DNA of 64,000 nucleotides, from IMG/VR virus record IMGVR_UViG_3300028827_000129, positions 106,084 through 170,083 of that record. The stretch is one strand, 5' to 3'. The notes beneath the pieces were generated by a model, which worked only from the letters and a program-made list of their open reading frames with translations, had not been told where the DNA came from and did no database searches. Of this stretch, positions 57,101 through 64,000 are shown piece after piece. The stretch is from a virus. Numbering within the stretch: position 1 is the stretch's first letter; every line of letters starts with the position of its first letter. A program made the translations under genes and the position numbers.

Positions 57101-60100
57101 ACATTCATGGATGATAGAGTTTTAGTTGTAGCTAAATCGGGCACTGGTGTTACGACAAACGAACTGTACTTCAAAGACTTAGTTATTGATCAAATAACAA
57201 CAGCTTTGGCATCCAATTCTAAAGGAATATTACGTAAAAATATTGGTCAAATTTCTACATCTGCAGATAGAATATATTTTGATATTATTTTTAGAATGAA
57301 AGGCTACGGTAATGCCTTATTAATACCGATAGCGTTTAGTGCTACACATGGTGTATTATTGCAATTTACTGAAGCTAATGGCGGCACACTTTATTACACA
57401 AATAGTGCTGGTAGTACAGTAGAATTAGCATCTAATCTTGGGTTTGATACAAGTCCACATAGAATTAGAGGCAGCTTAGACCCTACTGCTATCTCGGGTG
57501 GAGCAGGTATTACATATCTTATTATTGACGAAGATGAAAATAAAGAGTTCTCATCTATATCCGATTCTGTGGATACAACATATGGAGCCTATGGTGCAGA
57601 GGGTGATGTCCAGATTAGAATGCAAGCTTGGAATGTAACTCCATGTCATTGTGAGATTTTACAGTTTGCATTTGATGATAAGCCATATAGAGAACTGGCC
57701 ATAAAACGTAATATTGGTACTTTTTCAGACAAAGGTCTTTTAAATTACATTCATTCTATTAGACACAGACCTAATTATGGTAGTGGTCTAACAAAATTGA
57801 TCTTCTCTAATGGCGCAACTAATACTGAACTTGTCATGACATCAGCTTATCATCCTCCAATTTCTAGAGCAGAAAAGTATAATGAATCTTCAACTTACTA
57901 TTTAGATAATGAAGGCGTGAGGCATCCTGTTGCTTCTTTGCAGTCTGGTGGATATTCTCGTCATGGGCTTGGTATATTTGATTTATCATGTCATACGCCT
58001 GAAGGTCCTGGCATAGTGGGGTTTTATGGGCACCCTGCTATAGCACCAGATGATTTTTTCTTATACAAAACTTCTCGGAGAATTAATTACGAAGGTTTTG
58101 AGGACGGCGATGTTGTTCTAATCTTTAGGGCATATTTAGGATATCCGACTTCGCCTTACCATCAAACATATTTTGACTTTTTGCGCCTTGGTGAGACCTT
58201 ATCAAGTTCTTTGACTCTAGAAAATAAAATGGACTTATTAGGTGGCTATGACTATAGCCAAACCATGTTAGCTACAGACGAAATTATTAATGTAAAAATT
58301 GATTTAGGTTTCACAATAGAAGGATCTTCTTCTATTGAATTAGACTCTCCTGACTATTTGATGTATACTGGGTTAGATCCAAATGAAGATATAGGATATA
58401 CTTTTCAATCATCTGTTTTACAAACGCCGTATTATAGTGTTGCATTTTGTCCTAATGCAGCTGATAATCAAAATATACGTTTTGGGCTATTTTTCTATAA
58501 TGATATAAATAATCCATGGATTACTGATGCTCAATTTGGATGGGCGGCTAAAGGATATCATATTAGTGTTGATGGGAATCCTGATGGAGGAGGTATTGGT
58601 GGTAGTTTGTTTAAGCCAGCTGGTACCGACTTACCATATCATAAACCACTTTTCAAATATCCTCCGCCATTTAATAAAGATTATGTTGATACTTTAGGGG
58701 TAATTTCTGCGAATGCTTCTACTAATGATAAATTTTTATCAGGCGTCAGTTCTTATTTTGTTAATAATGATAACTGGATAAGTGGAATGGGAGCAAGTCC
58801 TAATTATGGTCTTATGCCTGCTGTATCATTTAATGGCAAAATTTATGTTGGATCATACTGGGGGTTTTCCAATGTAAGCATAGGCACAAGATATACTGTA
58901 GATTCTTATTATGTAGTAGGTAGTCTGACATATGCCGGACCTATTCCGTTTCAGATCACTTCCAATGTAGAATCGCCACCATCTGAATATAATACAAGAC
59001 TTTATTATTTAGATCCTGATGATCCAAATAAATTAATGCGTCAAAGAAGAGGGCGTTTTAGGATTGCTGAGGCTTTTGCCACTGAAGAAGTCTTATCTTT
59101 AAGATTATACGATATTTACCAATGGAAAGCGGCTGTTACCCTTGAAGATATTCCTTATATCTTGTATCGAGATGTTTATAATGCTAAGTTAATGTTATCG
59201 AAGAATTTAGAGTCTATTGTGATATGTGATACTCCAACTCAATATTTTACTATTGTAGCAGATAGGACAAGAGCTGCTGCGTTATATATCTTTTATGTTG
59301 ACAATAGCGATGGACATTTAAAGTATAAAACTTATAGGGCAAAAGCTTTTGAGCCTATTAACGAAAAATACCTATCGAATGCTACTATTTTGAAGAAAAA
59401 CATAGATATAGCTGGCAATTCTTTACAAGCACCAATGTCTGTTAATACTGGTGAAATTATTCTGTCATACATAACATCTACTGGCGAAGCAAGAGCATTG
59501 CCATTTACTTTTAAGATGACAAAGCATTTGTCTGACCCAGAATCTTGGCTATGCTGGACTGCTGGTGGCGTTGAGTGGGAACCATTTTGGAATGGTTTTA
59601 TTGCAGAAAATTATTTTAATTCACGTAAGGTCATGATTGGTCATAATGAAAGAAGGACTCCAGAAGTTGTTTCTGTGCCAAAGCAAGGAGAGCCAGTAGA
59701 AGACAATAGTTTTATTTTACCATATGGTCCTTATTTCGATTCGCATAACAAAGCTTCTGGCACATTATCTAGTGACAAATATATATATGTTGCAGCAGGT
59801 GGCAGAGAACTTGCTGGTGTTATAGAATATGGATATAGCGAGAATGTTAAAGAAAATGTTTTTGCATATCGTTCTGCATATCCCATAAATGATCCCAACT
59901 TTGACGTTACAAATTTTATTGATATCACTGGTAACTTAAATAATGTACACCAGTTTTTAGTTGGGAGAGGCTATAAAGCCTTGCATCCAACCCACGATAA
60001 TGCCATAGCTATGTTTTTTGCATACTCTTATCACTATGGAGTTACGGAATATATTCCTGGCCAAGGATGGAAAACAGGACAAGAATTACTAAGCACAGAA

Positions 60101-61006
60101 TATTCTGAGGGCGATGCTATAGGAGACAATAGTAGAGGTAATGCTGGTAATATTTACCTCTTAGATATAAAGCCATATAACAATAATGGGACATTAGAGT
60201 TTCATGTTTTTTGGACGTGCAGGAGATTTGTTCAAAGCCAAGACGAAAATGGAGTATGGGTTTATGATGTTGAATTAGGACGTTCACATGCTGAAATTCT
60301 TTATACAAAATTAATACCTAATGGAGATGGCACATATAACGCTTATAAATCAGATGATACTCCTCAATCACTGACTGTTTATGCTCCTGATGCTGAAGTT
60401 GTATGGAGATCTCCAGGATTTCCTTATAACACTGACTGTATCCCTAGGGCATATGGTTATGCAACTATTATGGACAATGGCAAGCCAGCTGTTGCAGTAT
60501 GGCAACAGAAGTTTGCAGAAGCGGCAAGTAGTACTGCTAGATGGGTAAGTAATGATTCTGTATTTTATTACTTAGATGACAACGGTGTATGGCAAGAAAG
60601 AATTATTAATACTAATCTTTTTGAACTTACTGGATTAGCATACAACCCAGAAACAAAAGGGATGATAGTAGTAGGCACCAGAGAAGAAAACGGTTGGTTA
60701 ATTCCTGTTTTCCAAAAATCAACAGATAATGGGGTTACTTGGTCTAGTATGCAGGCCGCTCCTATTAATTATTATGATGATGAAGGAAATAGAATGCATG
60801 TAACAGACTTTAGAGTTGCTGGTTGGTATGGTAAATATTTTAATGTTGTATGGACTTTAAATTATAATAAACCAATTCAGAGCTCTTCAAGTATTGGTGA
60901 AGTACACCACGGATATATGTACTTTGATGATCTTGGTGTAAAAATTATTAATTTAAAAACAACATGGAGGCATACATTTAGACATGTTGCTAGAGGTAAG
61001 AGTTAA
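54125..61006 (+). CDS. Giant (2293 aa) receptor-binding/tailspike protein: repeated beta-sandwich units plus a C-terminal BNR/sialidase-like propeller
   Basis: About six S/G/N-N-G-centred beta-sandwich units ending in (Y/F)(F/I)D.(L/I); Asp-box STDNGVTWS near 60720. Confidence 0.55.
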   Translation: MAKNIVPAISNVLINFDGTSVSFSENGLRFDLEGSACGLLDQDLSGTYPDNPAFATTCKLSTGIGCDGKWAYLEKDLSILTVKPSVIKLTYASPEIVGSTPTDYGDYGGTGFIISNGSMQIFIKFINNSNAPIQYMKNNGTWGVITDDNNMSTWWNNRQLDQYWEFDLSASSGPYAGIVGCIIDGVQRIASPIADSLCPATIPAGIRVFADRGTNATVYTTASIGKLILSAPGASYTYCDGIAGQANDFTQSGNGTVTDDVQEENRTCLKLDSGAVGDSIEISRQIAGTFRGISDFWTRIEAKMLVGAFNDGDTLEVTLSNGLAEFSIEFATDGIYALKSDRTKLKVYDSPPVSSFNDWYIHWCPGELSADGCGIRGIYLGDKKIVSGIASSVAGRNESDWIYTPEVDYDGTISLAAAGWTEGGTATAVTRTPNVSFDGTNCLKYSISPSNTGYILDKILPANRAVNQKRIKWEARYQFVNHSFTSADRCALQWNNGAYWHTIMDNRRTLSPAWRYADDYADGGYGQWRFYDGKKSYFFELPGSITTLNIGWIHESVIFDNENKFILSYSINGYEYLKGPLPYDSPPVDNTNTLRTLFYGDSGSGYDLYIDFIKLSYGNTAPSGYGTALSDGFVKITLKGNTANRQVFFDKLYFGRDGNLFLPTPAIYTEENDTSYFDVLSQGRMECDAQDPAWTELYKIGNPTFSVDADPDDRTYVEEYSVYGDYRSYVGQKVLRVDLWNNDYPLFYIDGHFSDLSERNITDGSAVLGGYTVPYLVAAKETGTDFPFDENEGYWINTDTACTLLLSNFKFDQGSPTNYLTVTDGVELDATWDSSGSYGVYTKTDNDTLSADNSTGWCHFVVGDNGTTDSKINYDKTFGDLSTATYVRIRTTIHLISLGDIYAGDFFVTCGNGNFVFYLWLIDPGTGPEVGFYDNSVGYKKVASLSYNKTYTLEFIIDAQSGSEEVLEFWMDEHDGNSLQLKAYNLGTPRLATFMDDRVLVVAKSGTGVTTNELYFKDLVIDQITTALASNSKGILRKNIGQISTSADRIYFDIIFRMKGYGNALLIPIAFSATHGVLLQFTEANGGTLYYTNSAGSTVELASNLGFDTSPHRIRGSLDPTAISGGAGITYLIIDEDENKEFSSISDSVDTTYGAYGAEGDVQIRMQAWNVTPCHCEILQFAFDDKPYRELAIKRNIGTFSDKGLLNYIHSIRHRPNYGSGLTKLIFSNGATNTELVMTSAYHPPISRAEKYNESSTYYLDNEGVRHPVASLQSGGYSRHGLGIFDLSCHTPEGPGIVGFYGHPAIAPDDFFLYKTSRRINYEGFEDGDVVLIFRAYLGYPTSPYHQTYFDFLRLGETLSSSLTLENKMDLLGGYDYSQTMLATDEIINVKIDLGFTIEGSSSIELDSPDYLMYTGLDPNEDIGYTFQSSVLQTPYYSVAFCPNAADNQNIRFGLFFYNDINNPWITDAQFGWAAKGYHISVDGNPDGGGIGGSLFKPAGTDLPYHKPLFKYPPPFNKDYVDTLGVISANASTNDKFLSGVSSYFVNNDNWISGMGASPNYGLMPAVSFNGKIYVGSYWGFSNVSIGTRYTVDSYYVVGSLTYAGPIPFQITSNVESPPSEYNTRLYYLDPDDPNKLMRQRRGRFRIAEAFATEEVLSLRLYDIYQWKAAVTLEDIPYILYRDVYNAKLMLSKNLESIVICDTPTQYFTIVADRTRAAALYIFYVDNSDGHLKYKTYRAKAFEPINEKYLSNATILKKNIDIAGNSLQAPMSVNTGEIILSYITSTGEARALPFTFKMTKHLSDPESWLCWTAGGVEWEPFWNGFIAENYFNSRKVMIGHNERRTPEVVSVPKQGEPVEDNSFILPYGPYFDSHNKASGTLSSDKYIYVAAGGRELAGVIEYGYSENVKENVFAYRSAYPINDPNFDVTNFIDITGNLNNVHQFLVGRGYKALHPTHDNAIAMFFAYSYHYGVTEYIPGQGWKTGQELLSTEYSEGDAIGDNSRGNAGNIYLLDIKPYNNNGTLEFHVFWTCRRFVQSQDENGVWVYDVELGRSHAEILYTKLIPNGDGTYNAYKSDDTPQSLTVYAPDAEVVWRSPGFPYNTDCIPRAYGYATIMDNGKPAVAVWQQKFAEAASSTARWVSNDSVFYYLDDNGVWQERIINTNLFELTGLAYNPETKGMIVVGTREENGWLIPVFQKSTDNGVTWSSMQAAPINYYDDEGNRMHVTDFRVAGWYGKYFNVVWTLNYNKPIQSSSSIGEVHHGYMYFDDLGVKIINLKTTWRHTFRHVARGKS

Positions 61007-61017
61007 GGAGGTGTCAG

Positions 61018-61593
61018 ATGTCTAGAATCTATAAAAAAGGAACTGGCTTTGAGTTTTGGGTTAAACTATTAAACCCAACTACTGGGAAGTATGCCACTGG
61101 ATCAGAGTTAAATTTTGCAGTTGGTGACTTTAAAATTATAGGCAAAAATAAAGGTAGTGCCGCATCTGCTAGAACAGACTTAGCTACTATGCCTGTTGAA
61201 ACTCCATCAGGCAGTGGCGATGTATTGATCACAGTAACAGATGCAGAAGCTAACTATGACTCTTTATTAATAACTTTCCAGCATCAGGCTGCTGTATTAG
61301 ATGATAACAGCTGGGACTGTTATGATGGGTCGAATCTTGGATTGTCTACATTTGATGCCTCTACTGATACTGTACAAATTGATCCAGCTATTACAGCTGA
61401 TATAGACTTTTTAGTACAAATAATGAAGAATAAAAAAGAAGTTCGCAAAGAAGGCTCTACGTGGTATTTATGCGTAAGAGATAGCGGAGATACATCTGAC
61501 ATATTAAAAAAAGCACTTAAAGATTCTTCTGGTAATGATATTTCTGATCTATTGGCAGGTCAATTAGCACAAGAGCTCGGGACTTCTGTATAA
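61018..61593 (+). CDS. Virion structural/fibre-associated protein
   Basis: AAGGAGG RBS; Ig-like N-terminus; fibre cluster. Confidence 0.5.
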   Translation: MSRIYKKGTGFEFWVKLLNPTTGKYATGSELNFAVGDFKIIGKNKGSAASARTDLATMPVETPSGSGDVLITVTDAEANYDSLLITFQHQAAVLDDNSWDCYDGSNLGLSTFDASTDTVQIDPAITADIDFLVQIMKNKKEVRKEGSTWYLCVRDSGDTSDILKKALKDSSGNDISDLLAGQLAQELGTSV

Positions 61594-61602
61594 TTTATTA
61601 TT

Positions 61603-62694
61603 ATGATTCTACGTATAGGACAGGGTTTAACTGGCTCAGCAAGTAAAGAAATCGCTTTTGGCTTAGGTTCGTCTGATCGCCGATCTTATATTTATGTTTC
61701 TTCAGGCGGAGCTTTAGCAGGTGGTTTTGCAATTGCTAGCACAGATAATGCTTACCTTTCAACTGGTGGGTGCATTGTTAGTGGTAGTGTTAATATTACT
61801 TATTCTAATATTATTACCTCGTCTGCTGGAGCTATTTTAGGTGGCTCATCTACCCAGCTATTTAACGTAGATTTTATTTCGTCGTCTGGTGTTATAGCTG
61901 GAGGTTCGTCGAATGTAGAATATCAAGGTACATTTACCTTTATATCTTCTGGCGGAGCTGTTGTATCTGGTGATGCAACTATTAGCAACACTACATCTGT
62001 CATATATAATGCAACTGGTGGCGTTATATGTGGCGGCGAAGCATTAATTAATATTTCTAGTAGTGTTTCATATCAATCTAGTGGTGGTGCTATAGTTGGC
62101 GGAACAGTTCCATATATATCCTTAATAGATTATCAATTAAGCGGTGGTAGCATTATTGGCGGCGAAATACAAGTCGTAGCTATAAAAAATGATACTGCCA
62201 ATAATGGCTGTATTGTTGGAGGTCAAGCGTTAATAAGCTCCTCTGGATCTATTGACTTTATAACAGAAGGCGGAGCTGTTATTGGCGGTAATGCAGCTGT
62301 TGTTACGCCGAATATATTTGAATATACTACAAATGGTGGGTTAGTAGCTGGAGGTGGCAGTACTACAAATATTAGTCATATTTTTGAATTTACTGCTACA
62401 GCTGGTGGCATAATTGGTGGAACCTTATTGCAAAATAATATATTCACCTATAACATGTCTGGAGGTAGTATTTGTAATGGCAATGTTGCCACATCCAAAG
62501 ACATATACTTAGAAGGTAACATATTAAGCTCATCTAAAGTAGAAGGCCTAACTGGATCTAAGTATATTCTACGTGGGTTATCTTCAAGGCATTTTAGAAT
62601 ATATAATAATAGATATAGACCCCTTCCTATAAGGCAGCGATTAAGAAAAAAGGGGTTTTCACGTGCAGCTATACGCAGAAGCATAAAATTATAA
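61603..62694 (+). CDS. Gly-rich repeat shaft protein (about 13 repeats of about 20 aa) with basic tail
   Basis: Repeats such as YVSSGGALAGG, FISSGGAVVSG, YQSSGGAIVGG and FITEGGAVIGG. Confidence 0.65.
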   Translation: MILRIGQGLTGSASKEIAFGLGSSDRRSYIYVSSGGALAGGFAIASTDNAYLSTGGCIVSGSVNITYSNIITSSAGAILGGSSTQLFNVDFISSSGVIAGGSSNVEYQGTFTFISSGGAVVSGDATISNTTSVIYNATGGVICGGEALINISSSVSYQSSGGAIVGGTVPYISLIDYQLSGGSIIGGEIQVVAIKNDTANNGCIVGGQALISSSGSIDFITEGGAVIGGNAAVVTPNIFEYTTNGGLVAGGGSTTNISHIFEFTATAGGIIGGTLLQNNIFTYNMSGGSICNGNVATSKDIYLEGNILSSSKVEGLTGSKYILRGLSSRHFRIYNNRYRPLPIRQRLRKKGFSRAAIRRSIKL

Positions 62695-62698
62695 TATA
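62689..62698 (+). promoter_or_regulatory. Putative late-promoter box TTATAATATA
   Basis: Overlaps the upstream stop and precedes the AGGAG RBS and ATG at 62732. Confidence 0.5.
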
Positions 62699-62731
62699 AG
62701 TTGATTACCTTTTTTATATAGGAGAATAATT

Positions 62732-64000
62732 ATGCAGATTATCTGCAAGGTAGGCAACCGGCGCAAGCCTGACGACCCGCTGTTTGAGTTCGACTGGCGG
62801 GACGGGCAGATTGTTACGATCCGGCCTAGCGGGGCTACGCTCGGGGTGCTGGACCGGAGGCATTTTGTTGCGATTGAAACGCAGCATGATCTTGCAGATC
62901 TGCGCGGGAGTGTAGACCCTAAATATTGGGGCGTTAAGGCACAAGCGATAAAGCGATATGTTGTGCCTGCCTATCTTGGAAAGCTGCCTTGGGAAGCAGG
63001 TTATGTAGAGCCTTCTGTGAGGATTCGCAAGCGGGATTGGTTCATCGACTTCAGGAGGCTTCTGCAGCTTGGTTGGATTACGTTGGCGCAGTATAGAAGC
63101 ATCTACGACTTCAGTGTGCCGCACAGGCCGATCTTCATCAACAGGCCGCTTACTGAGTTGATCCAGCATGAAGACAGCGCTAGGCGGCTGGGTGAGTTGA
63201 AGAATATGGCTGTGTCGTCTGGGACGTATACGGTCGGTTCGGATGCTGGCGATGATTACTCAAGCTGGGCGACTGCCATTGCTGATGTAACCACCCAGAC
63301 TGGCGACTTGATACTTGAAGGCGCTCGGGCTGAAGAAATGTCTGAGACTTCAGAGATCGTCATATCTCATGATACGGGTTCCTATACTTTTACGATGCGG
63401 GCTGCTTCCGGGGCAAAGCATAACGGAGGGGCTTACGGCTCCGGGCATCGGGTAAATTTTGGCGCGTATGATCATTTTACTTTTAGCGAGTCTACTAGCG
63501 GCACGCTGAATAATGTTGTTGCCCAGGACTTGGCGATTGATGCCTCCGGGACGTACAATCGCGGTTTCCAGGTTGATGCTTGCGGGTCAACCGATGCTTG
63601 TATTGTCCAGAGGTGCGTGATCAAGGGCGACTCCAGCACTGCGGCGGGAGTTTATGTAACAAACAACTGCGACAGTATAATTCTGCGGAATAATATCATC
63701 TATGGTGTACAAACGGCGTGGAGATATGGAATCGGCCTTGATGACTCGAATGATGTTACGAAGTGGGAAATCTACAATAACACGACGTGCAAATGCACTT
63801 ACGGAATTCGGGTTGGATCCACATCGCATGGAGCAGGCACTAAGATACTCAAAAATAATCTGTCACAGGGCAACATAAGCGGGGATTTCAGTAACTTCGT
63901 TGGCTGGACCACCGAGAAGAATGTCTCGCAGGACACCAGCAGCCCGGACACTGCGTATCGGTCGCTGAACAAGCAGTCTGTCTTCACGGACTACACGAAC
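62732..64000 (+). CDS. Right-handed beta-helix (pectin-lyase-like) tailspike, truncated by the window end; missing from the ORF track
   Basis: AGGAG RBS and ATG; open for 423 codons to the window end (MQIICKVGNRRK...YTVGSDAGDDYSSW...IILRNNIIYG...EIYNNTT...ILKNNLS); markedly higher GC. Confidence 0.75.
   Translation, partial: MQIICKVGNRRKPDDPLFEFDWRDGQIVTIRPSGATLGVLDRRHFVAIETQHDLADLRGSVDPKYWGVKAQAIKRYVVPAYLGKLPWEAGYVEPSVRIRKRDWFIDFRRLLQLGWITLAQYRSIYDFSVPHRPIFINRPLTELIQHEDSARRLGELKNMAVSSGTYTVGSDAGDDYSSWATAIADVTTQTGDLILEGARAEEMSETSEIVISHDTGSYTFTMRAASGAKHNGGAYGSGHRVNFGAYDHFTFSESTSGTLNNVVAQDLAIDASGTYNRGFQVDACGSTDACIVQRCVIKGDSSTAAGVYVTNNCDSIILRNNIIYGVQTAWRYGIGLDDSNDVTKWEIYNNTTCKCTYGIRVGSTSHGAGTKILKNNLSQGNISGDFSNFVGWTTEKNVSQDTSSPDTAYRSLNKQSVFTDYTN

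Noticed and set aside
1338-62684. Numerous 60-140 aa minus-strand and nested alternate-frame ORFs in the track
   Set aside because: All lie within longer + strand genes and lack recognisable motifs.
62714-63987. Minus-strand ORFs 62714-63169, 63587-63829 and 63799-63987
   Set aside because: They are antisense shadows of the RBS-led + strand gene starting at 62732; the higher GC lowers stop-codon frequency.
18199-64000. Diversity-generating retroelement or invertible fibre cassette
   Set aside because: No reverse transcriptase or recombinase, and no near-identical repeat pairs noticed by eye; a self-dotplot would be needed to exclude them fully.
1-64000. Stop-codon reassignment as in some large phages
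   Set aside because: Genes tile the window in the standard code and end in TAA, TAG and TGA.

Overview
A 64 kb, AT-rich (roughly 35% GC by eye), densely packed segment of a large contractile-tailed (myovirus-type) bacteriophage; every credible gene is on the + strand. 1-42.4 kb is the tail/baseplate module: three tail-tube-like paralogues, two paralogous tail-assembly chaperones, two large membrane-segment proteins in the tape-measure position, a hub, spike-like genes, gp25-like and baseplate J-like wedges, and many wedge/fibre proteins. 42.4-52.6 kb is a replication/regulation module: an intein-containing Cas4-like Fe-S nuclease, primase-helicase, a second Cas4-like protein, a DUF559/Vsr-like nuclease, RusA, a sigma-like factor, an AAA+ ATPase, PhoH and Hsp20. 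52.6-64 kb is a second structural/fibre cluster ending in a GC-rich beta-helix gene that runs off the window. The main finding is that the 1463-aa gene in the tape-measure slot (6315-10706) carries, in the correct order, motifs matching both barrels of a two-barrel RNA polymerase (ED, K..K, K/R-x-P, DxDGD, GxITN) between terminal hydrophobic helices, suggesting a tail-packaged, injected single-subunit RNA polymerase. Other observations: a recurrent YTATAATATA late-promoter-like box, a family of GGCC-closed hairpins (two nearly identical), an RNA-thermometer-like hairpin on hsp20, and an intein inserted exactly at an Fe-S ligand. No tRNA, rRNA or CRISPR array was seen. All product calls come from motif reading and gene order, not database searches.
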